Source of the DNA: Minutocellus sp. GHC0000111 | Lineage: Eukaryota | Direction of reading: 5' to 3' | NCBI GenBank assembly: GCA_977018835.1 | Contig: OZ361258.1 | Span: 186,001 to 250,000 of the forward strand | DNA length: 64,000 nt | Part shown: positions 44,628-56,189 of the stretch, piece by piece | How positions within the stretch are numbered: position 1 is the first letter of the stretch | Layout of the letters: every line of letters starts with the position of its first letter | Translations under genes and position numbers: made by a program | Notes under the pieces: model-generated | What the model saw: only the letters and a program-made list of their open reading frames with translations | Databases searched by the model: none | What the model was told of the DNA's origin: nothing

Positions 44628-47600
44628 GCGGGAGGGACGGTGGATGTTAATCAGTATAAAATAGAGGACAGCATATCTGAATCCACCTCCTCCCCGCCTT
44701 CGTTAGCTTTTCTTACGTCAAAAAGCAAACCTCCAACTCAAGAGCCAATCGTCCTCGCAGCAGACACTGGAACGACGGGACATTTTGTCCAGAAGCCCCA
44801 ATGCCTATCGTGCGATGGCCCTATTTTCAACGTCCAACAGACAGCAATTCCTATCAGCGTCACCCTTCCGGATAATAGCACAATGACGAACACCCACGAG
44901 GCCACGCTTCGCCTCCCTGGGGTTTCCCCATCGGCTAGCAAGGCCTATATTTTCAATAATATGGCATCATCGCTCCTATCGATTGGGCAGCTGTGTGACG
45001 ATGGATGTGTTGCCACTTTCGACAAGGATTCGGTAGTCATCGCCAAGGACAATACCGTCATTTTGCAAGGTAAACGAGACCCCTCAACGAAATTGTGGAT
45101 GGTAGATCTTAATTGCTCGCCCACCATGTCGCCGCTCCCCGGCCCCAACGTCATCCAATATGCTGCCAACGCCGCAATTGCCCAGGAGACGGTTCCGGAA
45201 CGTGTAGCCTTTTTACATTGGTGCGCTGGCAGTCCTCAGCTATCTGCCTGGTGCAAAGCAATCGATGCGGGATTTTATAGATCTTGGCCAGGCCTCACAT
45301 CAAAGCTTGTACGTAAGCACATGCCACAGTCGATACCGATGATTAAAGGTCACTTAGACCAGCAGCGCAAGAACATCAGGTCGACCAAGCCCAAACGGTC
45401 GATGGCTACGCCAAAATCTCTCCCTGGGGTGGACGAAACCGAGCAGGATCTCCACCCGGCACAACACCAACAGCGCACCAACTATGTCTTTGCTGATTGT
45501 CATGACATAACGGGCCAGATCTTCTCAGATCAGCCCGGCCGTTTCTTGGTATCGTCTATTTCTGGCCACCAGTACATGGTGGTCGTCTATGACTATGACT
45601 CTAACAGCATCTTGGCCGAACCAATGAAAAGCCGATCGGGAACGGAAATGCGCCGAGCGTACCAAACTATTTTCGAATACCTCTCCAAGCGAGGATTTCG
45701 CCCAAAATTGCAACGATTGGATAATGAAGTGAGTCGAGAGCTGAAGGAGTTCATGGAAGAAAAGGATGTAGATTTTCAATTGACCCCAACGCACTCCCAC
45801 CGCCGAAATGCGGCCGAACGAGCCATTCGAACCTTTAAGAATCATTTCATTGCGATTCTCTGTGGTACCGATCCCGACTTTCCCCTCATCTTGTGGGATA
45901 AATTGCTGGAGCAGGCGGTAATGACCCTCAATTTCCTGAGAGCATCCCGAGTCAACCCTCGACTATCAGCGTACGAGCAACTCAATGGCGGCTTTGATTT
46001 CAATCGCACGCCTCTCGGCCCCCTCGGATGCAAGGTCATCTTTCACGAGATGCCCTCGGCACGCGGCTCTTGGTCCCCGCATGGCGTTGATGGGTACTAT
46101 GTCGGTCCAGCCATGGAACACTACCGGTGTTACAAGGTTTGGATTGAGGAAACTCGGGCGGAACGCACTGGTAACACACTCGTCTGGCTCCCCAAAATGA
46201 TTCCGGTACCCAAAACGTCGTCGGCCGATGCAGCAACAGTCGCAGCTCATGAACTCCTGCACGCTCTACAGAATCCACATCCAGCGGCACCCCTTGCTCC
46301 CCTTCGAGACGAGCATCGTCAAGCTTTAGAAAAGCTCTCCGAGATTTTCAACAGCGTGACCCCAGCAGAATCTGCCACCTCCGCCTCTGATGAGACGATG
46401 CAGACAACCGCAGCTCCGAGGGTGCCGGAGAACGATGACGAAACCCAACGATTCCGCCTCGGTGCCATCGTCGCCAAAGTGTTTGGAGATCGCAATTACA
46501 AGGGTAGAGTCGTTGCATTTGACAAGAAGCACAAGTACTACAAAATCAAATACGAGGACGACGACGTAGAAGAGATGAACGAGACTGAAGTAGGCCGTCA
46601 CCTTGTCTCCAACCCCAACGCTCCGTTACCTCAGCCCCAGCAACCTCCGAGGGTGGCAAAATCCTCCACATGTGATGCAGCCACCACTAAAAGCCGTCGA
46701 TCACGTCGATCCAACGCGCCACCTCGCTCGTCAGTTTCTTCCAACTACTACAATCCTTTGGCTGCAGTAGACGAGCCCAACGGCGACGATGATGATAATC
46801 ATGACGACGATGCAACCGTCGTAACATCCAATCAAAGTTCCAATGCCCCCACCTCCCGTCGGCAACGTAAACGCAAGTCTCCAACGATCGATACCACTCC
46901 AACATTGCCAGCTCCAGCAAAATCGACAAGCAAGTCCAAACCATCGACCGCCAAACCACCTCGACGACGATCATACCGTCAGCGAGGGTACATTCCACAT
47001 CGGAACCCTCCCCCACGGCCATCATCTCGTCGTAGTACCCACCACGTGGCCAACATGGCAGCTTTCTCGCCTTTACCAAACCTCCAACACTTTGCTAACG
47101 CCGTCGTCCATCCCGATACTGGTGCAATGCTTGAACACCGCGACCTCCTCAAAACGAACATGAGGGACCAATTCATTCAAGCAAACATCGATGAAATTGG
47201 ACGGCTAACGGACGGCCGAGTTGGAAACAGTGCTAGCATTCCCTCCAACACAATGGCTTTCGTCCACTGGTCCGAACTGCCTCGGGGGGAAAAGCCACAT
47301 GCCTCCGCATTGTCGCCGACTATCGCTCCCATAAACCAAATCCCAATCGAGTTTGATGGACTGCAGGAGGCGACAAAATTCATTACCCTGGTACAGTCTC
47401 GACCCCGACCGCTGAAATGTTGACTGCAATTTTTTTTTCAACAGCGTCATCTCTACAGACAACGCTCGTTTCATGGGAATTGATATCAGTGACTTCTATC
47501 TCAATAGCACCATGCCAGAGCCAGAATGGATGTGGGTGCCAGTAGCTCTCATCCCCGACGAAGTCATGGAAGCCTACGACCTCCACGACAAAGTAAAGAA

Positions 47601-48812
47601 TGGTCGAGTATTGGTCAGAATCGATGGCGGAATGTGTGGATTACCCCAGGCAGGGCGCCTAGCCTACGATCAACTTGTCAAGCATCTCAAACCCCATGGC
47701 TATTTCCCTTGCAAGCGTACTGCCGGCCTTTGGAGGCACAAAACCCGCCCAATTACCTTTTGCCTAACCGTTGACGATTTTGGAGTAAAGTATGTCGGGA
47801 AAGAGCATGCAGACCATCTCATTCAGGCCCTCAACTCCAAGCACAAGATCACTACCGATTGGGAAGGCCGACTTTATTGTGGTATTCAACTCGAGTGGAA
47901 CTACGAGGCCAAATGGGTGGATCTATCTATGCCTAACTACGTCAAGGAGATGCGCCACAAGTTCCAACACGACCGCCCCTCACGGCCCGAGCATGCGCCA
48001 TATCGATGGAATCGTCCGACGTGTGGCCCGGGACCCCAGCTGCCAGAACCGGAAGACGACTCTCACCACCACTCGACGCCAAAGGCATCAACGAAATTCA
48101 ACAGGTGGTGGGCAGCTCCTTGTACTATGGTCGAGCAATTGATTCAACAATTTTACCGGCGCTCAACAGCATCTCAGCGGAACAATCCAAAGCTACCGAG
48201 CGCACTCGACAAGATGCCAAGAAGCTTCTAGATTACCTTGCAACCCATCCCGACGCAGTCATTCGATGCGTCAAGTCAGACATGATCCTACATGCACATA
48301 GCGACGCCTCCTACTTGTCAGCCCCGAAATCAAGAAGCAAGCTCGGAGGGTACTTCTACCTAAGCTCCCGACCTAAGGACCCGCACCGCCAGCCTGACTC
48401 AAGTGATCCCATGCCACCAATGAATGGAGCCATCCTCGTCAATGCCAATATCATCAAGCATGTAATGTCCTCAGCCGCTGAAGCCGAATTGGGAGGATTA
48501 TTTTTCAACATGAAAGATGCAGCACCAATCCGGGCAGCACTAGAAGAAATGGGTCACCCGCAGCCCCCTGCTGCTATCGTCGTTGACAACTCTACAGCAT
48601 CTGGAATCGCCAATAAAACCGTCAAGCAAAGACGGTCTAAGGCTATGGACATGAGATTCTACTGGGTCCAAGATCGCACAGAGCAACGACAATTCCAGGG
48701 AGCACTGGCGGAAAGGAGCGCAAAATTTGGCCGATTATTTTACAAAGCACCATCCCGCCCGCTACCATGTCGACATGCGACCAGTCTCTACTTACATGTA
48801 GATTCCAATTAG
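44628..48812 (+). pseudogene. pol: Copia pol (protease, integrase, Tudor-like insert, RT, RNase H); RT/RH disrupted
   Basis: ADTGTTGH; SDQPGRF, RLDNE, NAAERAIRTFKNH; GIDISDFYL, G(Y>C)GLPQAG, TVDDFGVKY; SDASY, SAAEAE, DNSTA, DMRFYW. TGA at 47354-47356 and frameshifts near 47290, 47430, 48065 and 48700. Confidence 0.92.
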
Positions 48813-48860
48813 GACTCTACATGTAGATTCAATGGCACTAGTCATTGATCTGCGAGGGTG

Positions 48861-49056
48861 TGTTGATGCCGTGGGATGCGTACGTACGTGTACATACGCA
48901 CGGTACGTACGGTGATCAGACCACTGACTCAGTGCCCTCTCCTGACCGTTGATCCATGGGCCAACGACATCTCCGATGGCCCATTTTTCATCTACGTAGG
49001 TCCTATTAACCTCTACTAGCTATATCTATCTAGCTTAGCTTTAGGACCTCTTAGCA
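48861..49056 (+). repeat. 3' LTR (196 bp)
   Basis: Direct repeat of 42848-43042. Confidence 0.97.
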
Positions 49057-49391
49057 TTCAGACTACGACAACGCAGTTCCGAGCCGTGTGAATATTTTTG
49101 TGAGACCCATTTGGAGGAGGAGCGATTTCTCGTCTGTGGTCCGTCCCCAGCAACAAGCACATTCAATATGTTTATCTCAGGGCTTAGATTTCAGATGAAA
49201 TGAGCATATTGAGGGCTTTGATTTTTGGGAGACATGCTTATTTGGGTTGCATGGCAACAACTCATTTTTAGAGCGTTTTCACGTGACCGCCGACAATGCG
49301 CAATTTTTTGTGGCGACAAAAATGAAGCCACTAATTCGACCCCAAAAATCTCGGATCCAAACACAGTGACTTGTTAGTAAAGTACCCCGAG

Positions 49392-49487
49392 AACATTGTA
49401 CCAAAGTAATTTTATTGTTGATTATGCTCTACAACATCCTTCTTCTAAGCGCAGTAATCAGCAATAAAATTACTTTGGTGCAATGTT
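49392..49487. repeat. Inverted repeat, 33-bp arms with 30-nt spacer
   Basis: 49392-49424 versus the reverse complement of 49455-49487: 31/33 identical. Confidence 0.85.
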
Positions 49488-49858
49488 TACGAAACATGGC
49501 GGAGGGGGTGTCTGCTCTCTCGTGAAATCACTCTTTACCTTTCGAGTTCAGAGGATTTGAAAGTGACGTGATGATGACGTATTAGAAACACGACCACACC
49601 AGACCAAAAATCCAAGCTCACTTTTTCTAACTCCGAGGAATAAATGACGGCCAAGATGGAAGTCGGGGCAAGAACCAAGTTATGGTCACCAACTTCTACA
49701 TGTAGTCGAGAGATATTGTGCACCAGAACCAATAAATGTACATTATGTGATGATTTTTTTCGACATTTGCATTCCTCACCCAGGGAAAAAATAATGCATT
49801 TTTGGAGAAGCACCAAATCAAAATGTAATGAATAGAAATGGACACATGCTATGATAAG

Positions 49859-52647
49859 TTATAGCAAATCAATGACTCCATCGTCTTCATCATTTTCATC
49901 TATGTCGTCCTCAATGTCATCATCTTCGCCGGGAGCATCAATTGGCCAGAGTGGTTCACCATCCTCTTCAGCTTCTTCCACGGCAATTTTTGCGAGACCA
50001 GCCTTTCCCCGTCTGGTCTCCACAAGATTGTTACCGCCACGACTTCTCTTGATGTTGTTATATATCACTGGAAGTTTTCCAAATACATTGAGAAAGGCCT
50101 CTTTTGATGCGACATTGGCCCATACTTTCATCACAGTCTTGTCAAGAGCATTCGCATCATTCTTCTGACCGCGATGCTCCCTTTTCGACGGCCGACTGCA
50201 AAGACATCCAGATGCCGAGATCAAGAACATTTGTCTCGGGCGACCGAGGAACCTGCTGGATTATCTCAATCTTATATTTGTTTTTGAGGTCCTCGGTGTA
50301 CTTCTCAACTGCTTCATTGGACCCATGACCGCCGGCATTGTCCATCATAAGATACATAACATCAGACTCCTGAACATTTTGTGGATCCCACTTCACCCAA
50401 TGATGTGCGTCTCGAATCGCCTTCCCGACCTCATTCATAGTCTCCAACATCCATTTGGAGTCGCAGCTACAGTCCTTGGTAACCTTATCGCCCCGTTGAT
50501 ACCGCACCCCGAGCTCAAGGTCGTCGATCTCAACCTTCACCTTCTCTCCATTGCTATCAGGAGTGTGTCGCTTGAGACTCGAGATCTTTTGATTGTAGCC
50601 AACAGCGGCATGCTTGCGACTTTTTGCCTGACCGTCGGATTTGTGGTCCTCGTATTGAAGTTCCAATCGCTCTGTAACAAACTCAGAAAGGCCGTAGATT
50701 TCGGCAATGTGGTCGCAAAGATGGCCGGCGGTCATGTCAGCATTCTCGTCGTAAATGTCGCGCCAATCTTTGTCATTTTTTAGCGCATCGTTGACCTTAG
50801 CATCTGGAGAGAAATTCTGATTACGCGTAAGCTTTTCCACCTTCTGCTCCCTGGCGACTCTCTTGATCATGATGCGCCCATTGAAATCAACGTCTTTGGT
50901 TTCATCCTTCATTGGTCGGCCAACAACTCCAAGACACATAACTTTGACAGGGTGTCTTCTGGATCGAATTTTCGGGCTTGCCTCGGAAGCATGGATAGAC
51001 GCGAGGTTCGGACTACTTAGTTCTTCGTCAGAAAGTGGCAACATCTTGATCTTTCGTCGCCGAGTAGCAGTGTAAAACCACTTTTCATCAAGACACGCTA
51101 CAGGAATGTTGGGATCGGTCGTAATGTCCTCCCACTTTTCGATCCAATCAAGTGGCTTCCTACAATATTCGGGGGTGAGCCTCGGCTTCTCGATCGACGA
51201 CTTCTCCTTGCCGCCTTGCTTTTTCCACCAGCGAAAAAGCTGAAGACGATGGAGACTAATTGTCAGCCTATCTTCATCTGGAGTAGCTGATTTTGCGCTC
51301 ATACAGTCAGCTAGCTCCTTAAAGGTTGCCATCGCACCCTTCATCCGAGCAGCATGCCGATGCAGCTCGCGGAGACATCCTGGCTCCTTCTCCTCGATCA
51401 TGTCCGTGTGTGCCTTCCTTCCACGAACCTCCTTTCTGCCGATGGGATTGCTGATGCCATCAGTAAGGCTTTTGTAGAGCTGGTCTCTCCACTTGTAAAG
51501 CTGAGAACCACCAGTTGACTTGGCATAACCGTGATCGTGCGCAACTTGCCGACACGCGGCAGTTGCAATTTGTTGCCGGTCTTCATACGTGCGAGTTGGG
51601 TCGCCGCATCCCCACCAATCCGCGAGAGCCACGGCGCTGAACCGCATTCTTTCATTCGCCTGCTTTTCTTTCCTGATTGGTGTTGGTTCGGTGACGGTTG
51701 CATTGGGACGAGGAGGACGGAGCATGTCATCGTTGGCCATCCGAACAACAAAGTCGAGGCCGAGAGCGACCTTTACCTGTTCATCAATGTCACTGGAGGT
51801 GGCACAGACAACGGAAGTATCGGCTCCTCCTAAACCTTCATCATTGGGGGAGGCTGCAGCTGCTTCAGTGGCGGAAGTGTCACCAGTTCCCTTCAGCATG
51901 CTGAGGAGACTTGCTGGCATCCAACCCAGTTTCTTGGCCTCGTCGACTAGTGATTTTGCTCTTGCTTCGCAATGCGCTGACTGTGCCTCCTTTCTGTGTG
52001 AGCTGACAACCTCTCACCTAGCTTAGTAGCTAAGACAGTCGAGCGCCCAGAGAACAGAACTTCATCGGGATTTCTTTTCTCGTGCACCTTCTGTCCCTCC
52101 GGTCCAGAGAATTTCGGGTGGTTGTCCTCCTTCTTTTTACGCAACCTGTGAGCACAAACATAAAGCGCCCTGCGTCTTGTCTTCCCTCTCGGCCGGCACG
52201 TCGACAAGTGCAACTTCAAACTACAATGCTCCTTGAGATGTTGCTGCACATCCTTCCATTTTTCCTCGTTGTGCTGTAGCTCATGCTTTCCTCCCTGCCT
52301 AACCCTAACCCTAAATGTCATCTTTGCCGCAGGAATCGGGGGTTACTCTCCACCACAGATCCTTACCAGCCCTTCGAATGACATCTGCTGCAAGGAGAAA
52401 GGCCATGGGGATAGGAGGAGGGGCCGTCCTCTTCTTCGCCGACGACGGTGACGGCTTGGCGGGCGAATTTGACCGTGGCCGGCCGCTTCTTCGACGTGTT
52501 TGCGCTCGGCGATGGTGTTTTCGGCTCAGCTGCCGCCTTTGCCGCCTTCCTGGATGCCTTGGTGTTGCCTCTCTTGCTCCCTGAGAACGAAGTTCTGCTG
52601 CGTTTGTATTTTTTGGGCGTGGTCTGGTTGGTCGTCGTCATCGTCAC
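49859..52647 (-). pseudogene. Large DD39D transposase, frameshifted into 4 ORFs
   Basis: KPRLT, LDEKWFY, SRRHPVKVM, MDNAGGH, QVPRSPETNVLDLG (39 residues between Asp2 and Asp3); ORFs 52363-52647, 51947-52321, 50157-51920 and 49859-50230 are collinear. Confidence 0.85.
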
Positions 52648-52722
52648 AAAATTTGCGGGTTGGTTGCGGTGGTGAGAGTGAGGGTGTGCGGGGGACCAAA
52701 AAATATATGTGTTCCTGCCAGA

Positions 52723-52795
52723 ATCTACTGGACCTGCGAATTCAGTGGATACTACTGGTCGGTGGCAACCTACTGAATGAGCAGGTCCAGTAGAT
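52723..52795. repeat. Hairpin in the 5' subterminal region of the mariner element
   Basis: atctactggacctgc(ga)attcagt pairs with actgaat(ga)gcaggtccagtagat. Confidence 0.8.
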
Positions 52796-53176
52796 ATCCA
52801 CGAGTTGAGGAGTATTTGCGTTCCTCCCGAAGAGAATGTCGACTAACAAAACACGTGGTGGGAAATGAGAAATGGGTGCAAGAATGACCTTTTTTAGGGG
52901 TTATTGGTATACCCTCTACAAATCCTCTGAAACCGAAAGGTATTTGTGAGGTGCGTCGAAATTCTCTTTTTTCCTTTTGTGCAAATTAAGAAACCTGTCA
53001 TTGAAATAGAGAAAGAATGCCTGCCGGAGGCGTGCCCGCCGCGCCCGGGTGCATGCCAGGGAGCCCAGGCAGAACCAAGCAAGAACCAGCCAAGCGAAGA
53101 GCAACCTCGGTCAAAGAGCAGAGTATCTTGTCATCAATTTCTCGAGGGGCGTAGGGTCCCTAGCTAGCTTAAATCT

Positions 53177-55865
53177 ATGCCGTCGCTGGTCCGAAAGCCG
53201 GCGGCTGCTGCATGTGCGCCTGCGAACGGAGGTACCGCTTCGCTTCCACAACGGCGTGCTGAAAACGATCACTTCGCATCGAGGAAGAACAGTCCCGGCA
53301 CGAAGCAGTCTGCCGTTGGGACGCATTTGGGAGAGCCGATGGATGATGATGGCGGCGGGAAGGAAAGGGTTTCGGCTTCTTTCCAAAAACGATCGGCAGA
53401 TCAGCTGGGCGAGGAAATGAGCCTGGAGGAGGAAAGCGCCAGCGCCGGCACAATCAAATCGAGCATCGATTTGGCTTCGTATGGAGGCAGCAACGCAAGT
53501 CGTCCCCGAAAGAAGAAGAAGGCAAAACCGGCACCACCAGTAGTCGACTGGCGTGTTCAGCGGATAGCACGTGATCTCGGCAGGTTGGACGTCCTCCGCC
53601 GTGGCGACGTCGGGCCAGATGTGGTTTCTGACGACGAAGACGAAACCGCTCTGGATATCCTCGCAAGTTGGTAGAGGACGCGGACGAGGACGCTGAACAT
53701 ATGCCACCTCCGGCAAATGGTGATGGCGATGATGACGATTATGGCGATATTGGGGGCGGCGATGACGATTATGATGACTATGATGGCGGCGCAATGGCTG
53801 TTGGTGATGGTAACTTGGATAATGACTTCATGCCCGCAGCGCAGGAGCATTACCACGGTGAGGAGGATGTTAATTCAATTGCCGTCGTTACTCATGACGA
53901 CGACGATGGCATGGCCATCATGGCAGAGGCAAAAAGTGTCGGCGAGGCGGAAGTGATCGATCTTGTCAGCGCCGACGATGACGAAGAAGGCCTAAGCACA
54001 GAGAACGCCAAAAGGCCGAGCGCAAAGGACACTGCAAACATTCACGTACCTATCTCTGCTGCCACAAGCGCAGACGTCAACCTACTCCCCACCGATGTCA
54101 ACTACAACCACGGCGCCCGTAATCCTTTGAACGATCCCACAGCCCAGCCCGTTTTCCAACCCGGCGATGAGGATATCTTAAACCCAATGAGGTGTCTCTT
54201 CCATCGCCAGCTCGAGTGGTTTGAAGCCAACAGCAAAGATGTGGCCGATCGAAAAGGGAGGAAAAATGCTCCAATCGTTTTAGGTCAGGTCGGATTTCGC
54301 TGCGTCCATTGTGCTCACATACCCTTCACCAAAAGAACCATAGCCGCGGTTTTTTATCCAAGCAATTGCACTGATGGAATGAGGCGTGCCCTCAACAGGT
54401 ACCAATCTCAGCACTTCAGGTTCTGCAAAGAAATTCCGAGCAATATAAAGAGTCATAGTAAGAGTCTTTCATTCAGGCAAGGTAAGAGAGGCAAGCAGCA
54501 TTGGGCACATTTAACGAATGTCTTCCAAAGTATTGGCATCATCGAGAAGGATGGTCATCTGGTCTATGACAAGGGCATCACATCCGCTGCACGTGTACTT
54601 GATAGAGAGGATGTGATAGGCTCAGATGGGACAGAGGAGGGCTACTGGTTGTGCGATAAATGCCAATCGGTGAAATTCGCAAACTTTGAAGAAGCGTGCG
54701 CGCATGAAGACAATTGTCGCGGTAAGTTGGCACAACCCGACTTTGATCGACTGCACCAAAAAGACCGTTTGCTGCACAAACCGGATACGCTTCGTCGTCC
54801 TGATTCCACAAATCGGGAAGAAGAAGCATATGTGCTATCGTTGTGCTGTGAGTGTAACGAAGTCGAAGATCCATCTTCCGATGTCCCGATGCTGCTGTGT
54901 GATGGATGCGATTCGACCACACATCTAACCTGCGCCAAGGATGTCCCGAAGCTAACCGAAGTCCCAGAGGGAGAATGGTACTGCTCCATTTGTGCGATGG
55001 GGAATAAATTCAAAGAAAAGAGACTCTCCAATGACCGAGCCATCAACGAGGCTTTCACCGCCGTCAGTGCTGTGCTTGAAGATAATTTCTACACATCACC
55101 AAACCAGGGCACAATAGGACGACCAAGCAACATCTTAGATGATGTTTTTGAGAAGATTCCAGGAATCCAGTCCAAGTTCAAGCCGAAAGTGCCTGGGAAA
55201 AAACGAATACGGCTTTGTGTTGTAATGGGCTGTACACGAATTGCTCAAGCGAAGAAACGTCGATACATGTGCCGCGCTCATTTCGCCAGGGTTCTTCTTT
55301 TGGAGAAGATCCAAACAATGCCGAATGGGGAAAGGCGGTTTCCTTGCACGGCGAGAGAGCCATCCCTACCTCGAGAACATGAAACAGCATATGTTGCAGT
55401 CCCGCCAAATGCCAAGCATGGGGCGCGAGTGAAATGTTCAAATGCCGTCTGTCAAGGGAGAGGTCACAACCGATTATACGGAGAAAGGTATAGGTATTGT
55501 GCACTCTGTGATATCGTCATCGAGAAAAACTCTTTCATCACAGGCACAAACACAAGAATGAGCTCACAATAGAAAAAGAAAAGGAACAGGCGCAAGTGGA
55601 TGCATCGCACCAGGCTACCGATGCAGTAGCTGCTGAAGATGACGAGATTGTATATGGGTTTGATTCTATACGCGGTCATACCAAGGATAGAAAGAGAAAG
55701 GGAGAGTACCTGTTCCGAGTCAAATGGAAGAACGGCGAGATCACATCGGAACCCGACACATATTTGAAAGAAGACGATCCCGCATCATTCATTGCCTACC
55801 TGAAAAGTTCTGGACTTTCTAAAACCGAGAAATATGCCTGGGCCGATGAGGAGGAGCATGTTTGA
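53177..55865 (+). CDS. Multidomain chromatin protein: GQVGxRCxHC domain, C2HC finger, PHD, further Zn motifs, C-terminal chromo-like domain; frameshifts near 53668 and 55535
   Basis: GQVGFRCVHC..FYPS; WLCDKC..F..FEEA.AHE..C; PHD C.EC...MLLCDGC...H..C...VPEGEWYC..C; C...GC...MCRAH; FDSIRGH...YLFRVKWKNGEITSEP. Confidence 0.75.
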
Positions 55866-56189
55866 TTCATTCCCACAAATAGGGGGAACTCGTCGGTGCC
55901 GACGAAGAGACACAGATCCGGTACAACCCACACTTTCAGCATTTGTTAAAATAAATGAAGAGTAACGTTGACTGAGTCATTTGCAGAAAGAAATGGAGAC
56001 GACGGTAACCGCTGAACGTCGCAGTTAGTTCAAGAGAATGCTTCAGATCTGGTGAATGAGAAAGATCTGGACGAGATGAAGATGCTTCGAACGCTTCACT
56101 CTCTCTCTCTCTCTAACATGCACCTACGTAGGCCTAGCTTGCTCGATAAAAGCAAAGCAGGGACAGTAAGTTAGGTAAATGCTAAGAAA

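Larger units (their letters stand above)
42848..49056 (+). mobile_element. Full-length Ty1/copia LTR retrotransposon (CoDi-like), TSD TTCAG
   Basis: TG..CA LTR pair; 5-bp TSD at 42843-42847 and 49057-49061; gag-PR-IN-RT-RH order; purine-rich tract GCGAGGGTG abutting the 3' LTR. Confidence 0.97.
49538..52940 (-). mobile_element. Mariner-like DNA transposon (DD39D), TA-flanked
   Basis: TIRs 49536-49559 (TAcctttcgagttcagaggatttg) and 52919-52942, 22/24 identical including TA; encloses a transposase. Confidence 0.85.

Noticed and set aside
52298..52314. CCCTAA repeats as a telomere or healed break
   Set aside because: Only about 3 units inside the transposase region; too short to support.
56099..56114. 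(CT)n tract and coding GAT/CAG triplet runs elsewhere
   Set aside because: Ordinary microsatellites or low-complexity coding sequence.
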